Source of the DNA: a virus
DNA: 64,000 nt
Strand: one strand, 5' to 3'
IMG/VR virus record: IMGVR_UViG_3300012667_000235
Coordinates: 330 to 64,329 of that record
The notes beneath the pieces are model-generated. The model ran no database searches. It saw only the letters and a list, made by a program, of their open reading frames with translations, and was not told where the DNA came from. The position numbers were made by a program, and so were the translations under genes. Position 1 is the first letter of the stretch; every line of letters starts with the position of its first letter. This document shows positions 55,068 through 63,572 of the stretch, in pieces.

Positions 55068-56081
55068 ATGATTAAGTTACCAGAGCCTGCAGAGTATGTA
55101 TGGCAACCTGATGGTACTTTTGACATTGGGCAGGAGCGGCAGTTGTCGCCAAATACAGGCCCTTGCAACGGCTGGAATGTATATCCAATCTACACAGAAT
55201 CCCAGATGCGCCAAGCAATCCGTGATGCGCTGGAGGAAGCTGAGAAAGCTGCATGGGACAGCAGAACCATGAATAATGGTGCGTGTTGCAGAAGTGTGCT
55301 TTTGCGCTCACTTGACGCTATCCCGCAAACTGAAGGAGGAAGCATGATTGAACAAGCAAAAGCAGTGGCACAGCGGCTGCGTGAAGTAAATATGTATGGT
55401 GGAACAATTGATTTTCATAAGATTGTTGACACCATTGACGCACTGGTGCAAGAGGTGGAGCGACTGCAAAAAGAAGTGGACAAGTTCAGCTATACATTGA
55501 TTGCGGCAGCGAATCAAAAACTGCGAACAGAAGTTAACTCACTCCGCGCAGAGATTGAGCGGCTGAAGGCGAAGGAAGAACGCTACACATTGGTTGATAC
55601 CGCCCTGAAAAACGAGGTAGAGGAAATGCGCCAAGAAGTGGAGCGGTTGAAGCAGGCTTGCGACAAATTCAGCGAGAGTGAAATGCTGTTGAAGCAGGAG
55701 CAATCGGAGCCTGATAGCACTTGCTCTGACACACTGCGGTTACAAGGTAAGCCGTACCCACGAACATGCAAGAAGTGTGGACTCGGCCCCTGTATTGGGG
55801 GACGTGCTGCCGCACCAAAGCAGGAGCAAGCGGAGCCGGTGGCATACCGATGGAAAGAAAGTAACTGGTTAGGTTGGGAGACAAATTGGGAGTGGCATGA
55901 CAGAGCCAAAGATATGGGGTGCCCTATTGAGTACGCATACACCGCACCCCAAGGCCAAAACGAGTTACTAAAGCAGGCGCTGGAAGCGTTGGAGAACTCA
56001 CAGTTCACGGATGAGTACCGCAACTACGGGTTGCAAAGTGACGCCATCACAGCCATCAAACAGCACTTGGAGGAAAAATGA
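55068..56081 (+). CDS. modular hypothetical protein (modules A+B+C shared with genes at 61.5-64 kb), GC-rich
   Basis: Module A is MIKLPEP...TESQMRQAIRDALEEA. Module B is MIEQAKAVAQRLREV...IDALVQEVERL. Module C is KQEQAEPV...YTAPQGQ. Near-identical DNA stretches are shared with 63857-63880 and 63981-64000. Confidence 0.5.
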   Translation: MIKLPEPAEYVWQPDGTFDIGQERQLSPNTGPCNGWNVYPIYTESQMRQAIRDALEEAEKAAWDSRTMNNGACCRSVLLRSLDAIPQTEGGSMIEQAKAVAQRLREVNMYGGTIDFHKIVDTIDALVQEVERLQKEVDKFSYTLIAAANQKLRTEVNSLRAEIERLKAKEERYTLVDTALKNEVEEMRQEVERLKQACDKFSESEMLLKQEQSEPDSTCSDTLRLQGKPYPRTCKKCGLGPCIGGRAAAPKQEQAEPVAYRWKESNWLGWETNWEWHDRAKDMGCPIEYAYTAPQGQNELLKQALEALENSQFTDEYRNYGLQSDAITAIKQHLEEK

Positions 56082-56256
56082 TCTTTACATTTATTCAAAT
56101 CAATAATTGGAAAAAATACGAAAAAGTTCGCATGAGTGGACGTTATAATATGTGGTTTCCAGAAGCTCAAGCTGCAGCAGGTTTATCAAAAGAAGATTAT
56201 ATATTCTGTATTAAAAATTACTCAGAGCTAAGAGAAGCTGCTAGTAAGGATAATAA

Positions 56257-56418
56257 ATGAAATTTCATATTCACAAGTGGCTACCGTGGTCTGAGCCGGT
56301 TCAGACTGCACATGACTATGCAAAGGTTCAAGTGCGTTACTGCGAAGTGTGCAACAAGTGCCAAGCCTCAAAGATCAAGCAACCTTGGAACACATGGTTT
56401 AACTGGAGTAGAAAATGA
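56257..56418 (+). CDS. hypothetical small Cys-containing protein (53 aa)
   Basis: CEVCNKC motif. GC-richer than its surroundings. Not in the ORF track (<60 aa). Confidence 0.3.
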   Translation: MKFHIHKWLPWSEPVQTAHDYAKVQVRYCEVCNKCQASKIKQPWNTWFNWSRK

Positions 56419-56783
56419 CTGATTTTGAAATAAATAAATTACTAGCATTAGCTATTGGATGGAAACCAAATGATATTTGCCTTTACTGCAATCAAATTGA
56501 CGTATGGTTTGTAAAAGAATGGGAAGCTGATTGGAAAAGATTTGATTATAGAGATTGGGCTACTATTGGCCCAATAGCTGAAAAATATGGAATGTTTCCT
56601 AGCCCAATGTCAGGTGGAGATTATAATAAAGCAAAACGTCAAGGTTATACTGACATTGAAAAATGGGAAGTTATCTATTGTGACTACAGTGTTGGGGGTA
56701 TCAATAATGCAAAATGGTGCAGAGTTGAAGATACTTGCGCTAAACGAGCAATTGCCCTTGCTGTTATAGAAAGAAATAAATGA
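56415..56783 (+). CDS. NinX/DUF2591-like phage protein (AT-rich copy)
   Basis: LALAIGW...FDYRDWATIGPIAEKY. Paralogous to 61763..62026. Confidence 0.4.
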   Translation: MTDFEINKLLALAIGWKPNDICLYCNQIDVWFVKEWEADWKRFDYRDWATIGPIAEKYGMFPSPMSGGDYNKAKRQGYTDIEKWEVIYCDYSVGGINNAKWCRVEDTCAKRAIALAVIERNK

Positions 56784-57175
56784 CAACAGTTGAAGTTTGG
56801 AAATCTATTATAAACTTTGAAGGTTATTATGAAGTAAGTAACTTTGGTAATGTGAGAAGTTGTGATAGATTAGTAAATTGCTCCAGAGGATATAGCAGAA
56901 GACTTTGGAAAGGTAAGATTTTATCTAAAATAGTAGCAAGTACCAGAGGTTATTATCAAGTCTCTTTTTGCAAATCTGGTATTATTACAAAACATTACAT
57001 ACATCGTTTAGTAGCTGAAACATTTCTACTAGAACGAAATGAAACTGTTAATCATATTGATGGTAATAAACTAAATAATGAATTATCTAATCTTGAATGG
57101 GTAACATATTCTGAAAATAATAAACATGCGTTTTCTCTTAAACTAAAATTACCATCTGGAGGTATAAATAAATGA
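56780..57175 (+). CDS. HNH homing endonuclease (NUMOD4-like plus HNH_3-like)
   Basis: VEVWKSIINFEGYYEVSNFGNVRS and NHIDGNKLNNELSNLEWVT. Immediately upstream of thyX. Confidence 0.8.
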   Translation: MTTVEVWKSIINFEGYYEVSNFGNVRSCDRLVNCSRGYSRRLWKGKILSKIVASTRGYYQVSFCKSGIITKHYIHRLVAETFLLERNETVNHIDGNKLNNELSNLEWVTYSENNKHAFSLKLKLPSGGINK

Positions 57176-58083
57176 CAATTACAGCTAAAATTATTGCAGA
57201 TAGTACAGATCAAAAAGGTGTACGGATTATTACATTTGAATTGGACTATCCTCGTTTTATTCATAGTGAACTAATGACACATCGTGTATTTAGTCGTAAC
57301 AGTGCAAGTTCTCGTGCTATTCCAATTCAAAGTATGATTGATAATATCAGAGCTAATCCTGCTACTCCTATTCATTGGGGTAAGAATCAAACAGGTATGC
57401 AAGCTAAACAAGAATTAACTGGTGTAGAATTAGAAGCTGCTCAAACGCAATGGGGTGCTGCAGCAACTGATGCATTATATTGGAGTTATCGTCTAAGTAC
57501 CAATGGTACTCATAAACAAATTGCAAATCGTATTACTGAACCATTTCAACATATGAAAGTTGTAGTAACTAGTACTGAATGGAATAATTGGTTCTGGCTA
57601 CGTAATCATCCTGATGCTCAACCTGAAATTGCAGAGCTTGCAAAGCAAATGCTAATAGCAATGGAAAATAGCAAGACAGAAGTATTAAAGCATGGTGAAT
57701 GGCATTTACCTTATGTAAAGACATATAGAGATACTGAAGATAGTGTTCGCACATATTGGGATGATGAAGTAGCTCAGATTACACTGCAGCAAGCAATTAT
57801 GATTTCTGCTAGTTCTTGTGCTCAAGTATCTTATCGTAAAAATGATACATCATTGGAAAAAGCTGAAGTAATTTATAAACGATTAATTGAATCAGAACCT
57901 TGTCATGCAAGTCCAGTAGAACATCAGGCAATGTGTTATGATCAGCATATCGGTCTTGGAGAATTTGGAGAATGGCCCGTTGGTTATACACATATTGATC
58001 GTAAAGGTCAGCTATGGTCAAATAATTTCCGTAGTTGGATTCAGAATCGTGCGTTAATTCCTAATAATGTAAAGGAAGGTTAA
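57172..58083 (+). CDS. thyX: flavin-dependent thymidylate synthase ThyX
   Basis: ThyX signature RHRxxSxNxxSxR is present as HRVFSRNSASSRAIP. Confidence 0.9.
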   Translation: MTITAKIIADSTDQKGVRIITFELDYPRFIHSELMTHRVFSRNSASSRAIPIQSMIDNIRANPATPIHWGKNQTGMQAKQELTGVELEAAQTQWGAAATDALYWSYRLSTNGTHKQIANRITEPFQHMKVVVTSTEWNNWFWLRNHPDAQPEIAELAKQMLIAMENSKTEVLKHGEWHLPYVKTYRDTEDSVRTYWDDEVAQITLQQAIMISASSCAQVSYRKNDTSLEKAEVIYKRLIESEPCHASPVEHQAMCYDQHIGLGEFGEWPVGYTHIDRKGQLWSNNFRSWIQNRALIPNNVKEG

Positions 58084-58084
58084 T

Positions 58085-58474
58085 ATGGCTGGATATAGAA
58101 GGGCAAGACCAAATCAATTAAACCAAAAGGAATTAATTGCACTAATTGCAAAAAAGACAGGATATCTTAAATATGAAGTAGAGGATATTCTTGAAGGTTT
58201 GCGTTATGTGATTACTGATGCTATTGTTAACGACAGGGATGTTTATCTTAGGCACTTATTTACAGTAATGCAGAAAAAGATTCCACCACGTAATATGATT
58301 AATCAGAAAACAGGTGAATATTACATATCAAGAGGAAGCGTAGGAATGACCCTAAAGATTAGTGGGTTTATGCGTAATGCTCTGAATGGTGTGTATGATG
58401 ATATGAAGCCTCGTAGTGATACGGACGATGATGAAGATGAAGAAAGTTCTGAAGATATGGTAGAAGCCCAATAA
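58085..58474 (+). CDS. HU/IHF-like DNA-binding protein with acidic C-terminal tail
   Basis: KELIALIAKKTGYLKYEVEDILEGL and the arm PPRNMINQKTGEYYISRGSVGMTLK match the HU fold pattern. C-terminus DTDDDEDEESSED. Confidence 0.7.
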   Translation: MAGYRRARPNQLNQKELIALIAKKTGYLKYEVEDILEGLRYVITDAIVNDRDVYLRHLFTVMQKKIPPRNMINQKTGEYYISRGSVGMTLKISGFMRNALNGVYDDMKPRSDTDDDEDEESSEDMVEAQ

Positions 58475-58711
58475 ACTGTTGTATAATCTAGGTTCTTAAT
58501 CACAAGGACATAGAATGCAAGGCTTCTTTTTTATCGATGAACCAAAAACTGATCAAAATTCTGAGCAGGATACCGACATTGTTCTTAAACCTATGCTAAA
58601 CTTAGACCAAGAAGTAAACGACTATGCTTTAGTTTTTCCTATCGTAAATGGAAAACGTACAGAAGCTAGTAAGAAACTTCTTGGTCTTTATCGTTAATAA
58701 AAAGGATACAA

Positions 58712-59242
58712 ATGGCACATAATGAAATTTTAAATGGTGAGTTTGATGATAAACCTTGGTTACCAAAAGTACCACTGAATATGACAACTATTAATTTAAT
58801 TCTAGTAATTAAAAATGAAAAGCTACATCCTTCTATTCGTGGTTTAGCATTGCATTTAACTCAAGTTGAATACTGCAATATTGGTTATTTTTTCAAAAGT
58901 CTTAGTAATTCGGATATATCATACTTACTACATCGATTTAATATCTCTGAAAATGAAGGTAAAGAAGATCGAGAAATTGTAATGTCAGCTACGCAGGAAA
59001 TGATTCTTTTGACATTACTACTAGGTAAGTCAGAAGGTCAGACTGATATTACACCTGACTTCCTAAAGGATGCTATGCCAAATCTAGGTACACTTCTTAC
59101 TATTGAAGACATGGTTCGTGATAAGAAACTGAAAGTAAATTATCTAAACTACAGTCTGACGGATGTAAAAAAACCTGTAATTCTTGGAAAAACTATGGTA
59201 GAATTGAAAAAGATGTTCAACGGTGATAAAGGAAATGAATGA
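58712..59242 (+). CDS. hypothetical protein
   Basis: 176 aa. Confidence 0.4.
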   Translation: MAHNEILNGEFDDKPWLPKVPLNMTTINLILVIKNEKLHPSIRGLALHLTQVEYCNIGYFFKSLSNSDISYLLHRFNISENEGKEDREIVMSATQEMILLTLLLGKSEGQTDITPDFLKDAMPNLGTLLTIEDMVRDKKLKVNYLNYSLTDVKKPVILGKTMVELKKMFNGDKGNE

Positions 59243-59316
59243 ATAAGTAGCTAATCTTCTTACAGCAAGGGTATTTAAACTATTAATTTAATCATTAAGA
59301 AAGAGAGTCTTTAATT

Positions 59317-59508
59317 ATGAGTTTTACTACAAATGTTATTAAACGTGAAAAACATATTCAGAATCTAGTAAAGAAATTTAAAGTAGATCAGCAAGATGAT
59401 CCTGAAGATTTTTCATATGAGCTAGAAGCAGAGACACGACAGATTGTTGAAAACCTGCAATCTTCTGGATATAAAAATAAGTCTTTTAATTTTGATGACA
59501 GTTACTAA
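59317..59508 (+). CDS. hypothetical small protein
   Basis: 63 aa. Confidence 0.3.
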   Translation: MSFTTNVIKREKHIQNLVKKFKVDQQDDPEDFSYELEAETRQIVENLQSSGYKNKSFNFDDSY

Positions 59509-59522
59509 TTTGAGGTATAATA

Positions 59523-59735
59523 ATGCAAGACCAAGTTAAAAATATGAAGTTTACAAAGCCTTTGTTCCGTATCTTTAGAAGCAGCAAAAGTAATTCACTT
59601 TATGCTGTACATCTTGTAGATAAGCGTGAAGATTCGATTTGTATCATGAATGATGAACTTTCTTACGAACAAGCTCAAGATTATATGCTAGAATATAGCC
59701 AACTACAAAACGTAGTTGAAACCGAAACCATTTAA
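59523..59735 (+). CDS. hypothetical small protein
   Basis: 70 aa. Confidence 0.3.
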   Translation: MQDQVKNMKFTKPLFRIFRSSKSNSLYAVHLVDKREDSICIMNDELSYEQAQDYMLEYSQLQNVVETETI

Positions 59736-59744
59736 TTAATTACT

Positions 59745-59930
59745 ATGAAAGTTAAAAATATGTTCTACTCTCGTGAATTTGATTTTGATCAGTCACCTCG
59801 CCTTAGCCAAAAAGAAATTAAGTTTTCATACCGTGGCTACGAAGAAAAGAATTCTTCTGAAAAGAAGTCAAAAGATAAAGCAAAGAAAAAAGACTATTCT
59901 CAAGAACGTAAACAGAAGCGAGGTGAATGA
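59745..59930 (+). CDS. hypothetical small Lys-rich basic protein
   Basis: C-terminal KKSKDKAKKKDYSQERKQKRGE. Confidence 0.3.
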   Translation: MKVKNMFYSREFDFDQSPRLSQKEIKFSYRGYEEKNSSEKKSKDKAKKKDYSQERKQKRGE

Positions 59931-60220
59931 TCATGTTTAATTATTATAATATCAACCGTGATACAGGTAAAAATCACTATGCATATGATAGTAAGCATGT
60001 TGTTAAAGAATCGCATAAGTCACCAGAACCTTGGTGTAAAATCGATACTGCTGGTAATGTAGTACATCTTGATATTGACGCAGCTAAAAAGCTTGCAAAA
60101 GCACCTGTAGATTGTTTTGTTGCCCTTGCCCTTGCTGCTTATAATCAAGGTCGCAAGGATGCACTTAATGAAGTACAGATGAAGGTATTTGATTTGCAGT
60201 ATCCAAAGGAATTCCAATGA
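59927..60220 (+). CDS. hypothetical protein
   Basis: 97 aa. Confidence 0.35.
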   Translation: MIMFNYYNINRDTGKNHYAYDSKHVVKESHKSPEPWCKIDTAGNVVHLDIDAAKKLAKAPVDCFVALALAAYNQGRKDALNEVQMKVFDLQYPKEFQ

Positions 60221-60423
60221 CGCTTAGAATTAATAAAGAAGCAGGTAAAGGTGATCGTCGTAGAACTACACAAGATGATAATGCCTATCGTAATAATTAT
60301 GATCTGATCTTTGGTAAGAAACAAAAAGCTACACCTGATCTACCTGAAACAGTAGTAGAAGGTATTGAGAAATATACCAAAGAGCAAGAAAATAAATCTG
60401 ATGAAGAGTCAGAAAAGGAGTAA
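60217..60423 (+). CDS. hypothetical small protein
   Basis: 68 aa. Confidence 0.3.
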   Translation: MTLRINKEAGKGDRRRTTQDDNAYRNNYDLIFGKKQKATPDLPETVVEGIEKYTKEQENKSDEESEKE

Positions 60424-60426
60424 AGT

Positions 60427-60603
60427 ATGCTACAATTAGTACTTCTTTTTATTCTAGCTACTATTATTACTGCTAGTCTTATTATTAAGATGAAATATCT
60501 ATCAATACATGATTGGAAATATCTTGGTAGAATTGCTGTGTTATTTGGAATTGCTGCTACAATCGTAACACTATTTGGAATTGGTATCGTTGTTTTGTTC
60601 TAA
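60427..60603 (+). CDS. small membrane protein (58 aa, 2 TM)
   Basis: MLQLVLLFILATIITASLII...IAVLFGIAATIVTLFGIGIVVLF. Not in the ORF track. Confidence 0.3.
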   Translation: MLQLVLLFILATIITASLIIKMKYLSIHDWKYLGRIAVLFGIAATIVTLFGIGIVVLF

Positions 60604-60618
60604 CCGTAAAGGAGTTAT

Positions 60619-61446
60619 ATGATTAATCTAATTAATGTTTTTGCTATGTTTAAGCGTACTATGCTTGGACTAATGGTAGGTCTTATGTTGTTTGGTACAG
60701 TAGCCTGTACACGAATTGAAACAGGTGAAGTAGGTGTACGAATTAATGCAAGTAAGCAAATCGAAGGATCGGAACTACCTGCAGGTTCGTTCAATCAAAC
60801 GGTTATTGGTTCTGTCCTGACGTTTCCTGTAAAAGATATTACAGTATCTCTGGAGAATAAAACTCCAATGACTGCTGATAATTCTCCACTAGCTGATTTT
60901 GATATTACTGTAGTATATGCACTGAATCCTAATTCTGTTGCTGAACTATATAGTACCAAGAGTAAGTCATTTCACGCAGAAGAAAAAGGTGATATTTATT
61001 TGATGTACAGCTACATGCAGACGTTGGTAAATAATGCTTCATATAAAGTAGTACGTGAATATAAATCACTTGAAGTAGCAGACAATCGTTCAAAGATTGA
61101 AGCGCAGATTCGTGATGTGGTAACAAAGGAATTGAAAGATCAAGACCTAGCAACTGCAATTAGTCTTACTGTAGTTCAAGTACGGAATATTCTACCGAAT
61201 GCTGATATTTTGAAGTCAGCTACAGATTATGTTAAATCGCAGAATGCTTTGAAGATTGCTGAAAATGAAGTTAAGCTGGCAAAGCTTGAGTCTGAGCGTA
61301 TGGCTGCACTAGCTAGTAATAGTGGTCAGAGCATTGCTTATATGCAAGCGCAAGCTACTCTGAACCTTTCACAAGCTGCTTTGCAGGGTAAAATTAACAC
61401 CATCTTGATTCCGCATGGTATGACAATGTTTGGGTCTACAAAGTAG
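60619..61446 (+). CDS. SPFH/band-7 domain protein with N-terminal signal/lipoprotein-like anchor
   Basis: N-terminus MLGLMVGLMLFGTVAC. SPFH-like core TGEVGVRIN...TADNSPLADFDITVVYALNP...VREYKSLEVADNRSKIEAQIRDVV...ISLTVVQVRNILP. Confidence 0.6.
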   Translation: MINLINVFAMFKRTMLGLMVGLMLFGTVACTRIETGEVGVRINASKQIEGSELPAGSFNQTVIGSVLTFPVKDITVSLENKTPMTADNSPLADFDITVVYALNPNSVAELYSTKSKSFHAEEKGDIYLMYSYMQTLVNNASYKVVREYKSLEVADNRSKIEAQIRDVVTKELKDQDLATAISLTVVQVRNILPNADILKSATDYVKSQNALKIAENEVKLAKLESERMAALASNSGQSIAYMQAQATLNLSQAALQGKINTILIPHGMTMFGSTK

Positions 61447-61535
61447 ACACTGTGTAAATTTATTTAAATAAGGCTCGTAGTTGTGGTACTTTCTGTGCTA
61501 CACTACGGGCTTAATTCATTTATAGGAGTACAGAA

Positions 61536-61766
61536 ATGATCAAGTTACCAGAGCCAGAAGGCACAATTGCATATCCCGCTAGGGACTATGAACCTGAGTG
61601 GATCAGTTCACAGGAAGCATATTCTGAATCACAGATGCGCCAAGCAATCCACGATGCATATGAAGAAGCTGCAAATTTGGTAGCTAACTTTGCGATTGAT
61701 ATTGATGATGAGTGGGTGCTGGAACAAGCTGCAATAGCAGTACGCAAACTGAAGGAGGAAGTATGA
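61536..61766 (+). CDS. module-A paralog (MIKLPEP...SESQMRQAIHDAYEEA), GC-rich
   Basis: Shares protein and DNA motifs with 55068 and 62023. Confidence 0.45.
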   Translation: MIKLPEPEGTIAYPARDYEPEWISSQEAYSESQMRQAIHDAYEEAANLVANFAIDIDDEWVLEQAAIAVRKLKEEV

Positions 61767-62026
61767 CCGACCTAGAAATCAGCAAAGCCCTTGCACTGGC
61801 GATTGGGTGGAAGAAAGATGACATTGCGATGTTTAGCAATGAAATGGAGGTGTGGTCAGGCGGCTGGCGCACCTTCGACTACCGCGATTGGAACGTCATC
61901 GGCCCGATAGCTGAACGCTATGACTGCTTTCCTACAAAGATGAACGGTGGCTGGTACTGCCTTGATGAGTACGCAGACACCCCGCAGAAAGCCATTGCGC
62001 TGTATGTGATTGGAGCGAAGAAATGA
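61763..62026 (+). CDS. NinX/DUF2591-like protein (GC-rich copy)
   Basis: Start moved to ATG 61763, which has a GGAGGA RBS. LALAIGW...FDYRDWNVIGPIAERY. Confidence 0.4.
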   Translation: MTDLEISKALALAIGWKKDDIAMFSNEMEVWSGGWRTFDYRDWNVIGPIAERYDCFPTKMNGGWYCLDEYADTPQKAIALYVIGAKK

Positions 62027-62205
62027 TTAAGTTACCAGAGCCAGCCGTACACGGACTACACGCCTACACCGAATCACAGATGCGCCAAGCAATCAAGGAT
62101 GCGTATGAAGAGGCTGCGAAGGTGTGTGAAGCAGCAGATGACTGGCACCCGCAGGAAGCTATAGCAGCAGCAGCTATACGCAAACTATCGGAGGAATTGA
62201 AATGA
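62023..62205 (+). CDS. module-A paralog (MIKLPEP...TESQMRQAIKDAYEEA)
   Basis: 60 aa, shares the module-A motif. Confidence 0.4.
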   Translation: MIKLPEPAVHGLHAYTESQMRQAIKDAYEEAAKVCEAADDWHPQEAIAAAAIRKLSEELK

Positions 62206-62570
62206 CAAAAGAAATTGAATACTGCTACAGCACCGACGAAGAGTTTTTCAACTACGAATCAATGGGTGATTTGCTTGACTACCTTGACGGCGAGACAGAC
62301 GACAAGATTGGCGCAACGTACTGGCGCGGCGAAAAGAAGGAGCTAACCCATGCTGAGTGCATCGACGTTAGTGCGTTCCTTGAGATGTGCGATGAGCGAG
62401 CCTATGAGGAAATTGGCGAGGTGTATGACAACTGCTTCACCGACGTAAAAGATGAAGCAAAAGATGAATTGGGCGAGCTTATCCATGCGTGGGCAAAGAA
62501 GCACGTAAACATTCGCTACTGGAAAGTCTTGAACGTGAAAGAGCTAAAGATCACACCGGAGGACGTATGA
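62202..62570 (+). CDS. highly acidic hypothetical protein (Asp/Glu-rich; DNA-mimic candidate)
   Basis: 122 aa with many D/E residues spread along the sequence (DEEFFNYESMGDLLDYLDGETDD ... EEIGEVYDNCFTDVKDEAKDELGE). Confidence 0.4.
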   Translation: MTKEIEYCYSTDEEFFNYESMGDLLDYLDGETDDKIGATYWRGEKKELTHAECIDVSAFLEMCDERAYEEIGEVYDNCFTDVKDEAKDELGELIHAWAKKHVNIRYWKVLNVKELKITPEDV

Positions 62571-62791
62571 CCGAAGCAGAACGCAAGCTAATAGAAGACC
62601 TTGAACTGAACCACGAATACTGCCCCAAGGAAGTGATCTTGCAAGCAGCAGCCCTACTCCGTAAGCAAGCGGCTGAGATTGAGCGGCTGCGTGAGGCGTT
62701 GAATGCTGTTTACATCGAATGTGATTGGTACGGTGACAACGGTCGGGATGCTATGGAGAAAGCAGGAAAACTATTACGAGGTGAAGCATGA
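62567..62791 (+). CDS. hypothetical coiled-coil protein
   Basis: Start moved to ATG 62567, which has a GGAGG RBS. 74 aa. Confidence 0.4.
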   Translation: MTEAERKLIEDLELNHEYCPKEVILQAAALLRKQAAEIERLREALNAVYIECDWYGDNGRDAMEKAGKLLRGEA

Positions 62792-63063
62792 GTAATCTAG
62801 TAGACCGTTTAAACAATGAGCATCCGAACTACTCGGACTCTATTGCCGCCGCCGACAAAATACAAGAGCTACAAATTGACTTGAATATTTTGAAGAGGGG
62901 GTATCACGTACTGGTGCAAGAGCGCGACAGACTCCGCGCAGAGAACCTGAAGCTGCGGGAGGTGTTGGAGAAACTGGCACGGCTCGGCAACGGCGACCAG
63001 TACGGCAACAGTATTGGCAACGAGATTGCCCGTGCAGCACTGGAGAACACAAATGAAGGTTAA
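62788..63063 (+). CDS. hypothetical coiled-coil protein
   Basis: 91 aa. Confidence 0.4.
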   Translation: MSNLVDRLNNEHPNYSDSIAAADKIQELQIDLNILKRGYHVLVQERDRLRAENLKLREVLEKLARLGNGDQYGNSIGNEIARAALENTNEG

Positions 63064-63217
63064 GGAATACTTGAATTTAAGCGATGCAGTTGTGTATGTA
63101 AAAAACGGCTGCATTCACATTGGTGATATTAGTTCTACTTTTATTCTGACTGCAACAGAATGGGAAAAGATGAAAAAGTTTATCGACGCTGCATTACTGG
63201 AGAACAAACATGATTGA
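63053..63217 (+). CDS. hypothetical small protein
   Basis: First ATG, with a GGAGA RBS. 54 aa. Confidence 0.3.
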   Translation: MKVKEYLNLSDAVVYVKNGCIHIGDISSTFILTATEWEKMKKFIDAALLENKHD

Positions 63218-63572
63218 AGAAGCAAAAGCACTATCCAAGCACCTGCGAGAAGCAGAGTTTACAGACGTAACAATTAGCTATGCAGACACCATCGACGCAC
63301 TGGTGTCAGAAGTGGAGCGGCTGAAGCTGAACGCTGCTGCGGCAGTCAATGAATATGTGTCGCTTGAGCGAGAAAACGAGCGGGTGAAGCAGAGCCACAT
63401 TGAGCGGTTGCTACGCATCGAGCAAAAAGTAGATGTGATAATTGCAGAGCGTGACCAACTCCGCACCTTGATTACCAAGCTCTACACAGCGAAGGGTCGC
63501 TACCACACACAGCTTGCAGCGTGCGACCTGTTTGACGCTGTTGGGTTGAAGAATGAAAGGCCCGTAAAATGA
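63210..63572 (+). CDS. module-B paralog (MIEEAKALSKHLREA...IDALVSEVERL)
   Basis: Shares module B with the interior of 55068..56081. Confidence 0.4.
   Translation: MIEEAKALSKHLREAEFTDVTISYADTIDALVSEVERLKLNAAAAVNEYVSLERENERVKQSHIERLLRIEQKVDVIIAERDQLRTLITKLYTAKGRYHTQLAACDLFDAVGLKNERPVK

Noticed and set aside
55072-56023. Long antisense ORFs (55583..56023 and others) within the GC-rich gene 55068..56081
   Set aside because: Elevated GC creates long open shadow frames. The sense frame has an RBS and motifs shared with paralogs.
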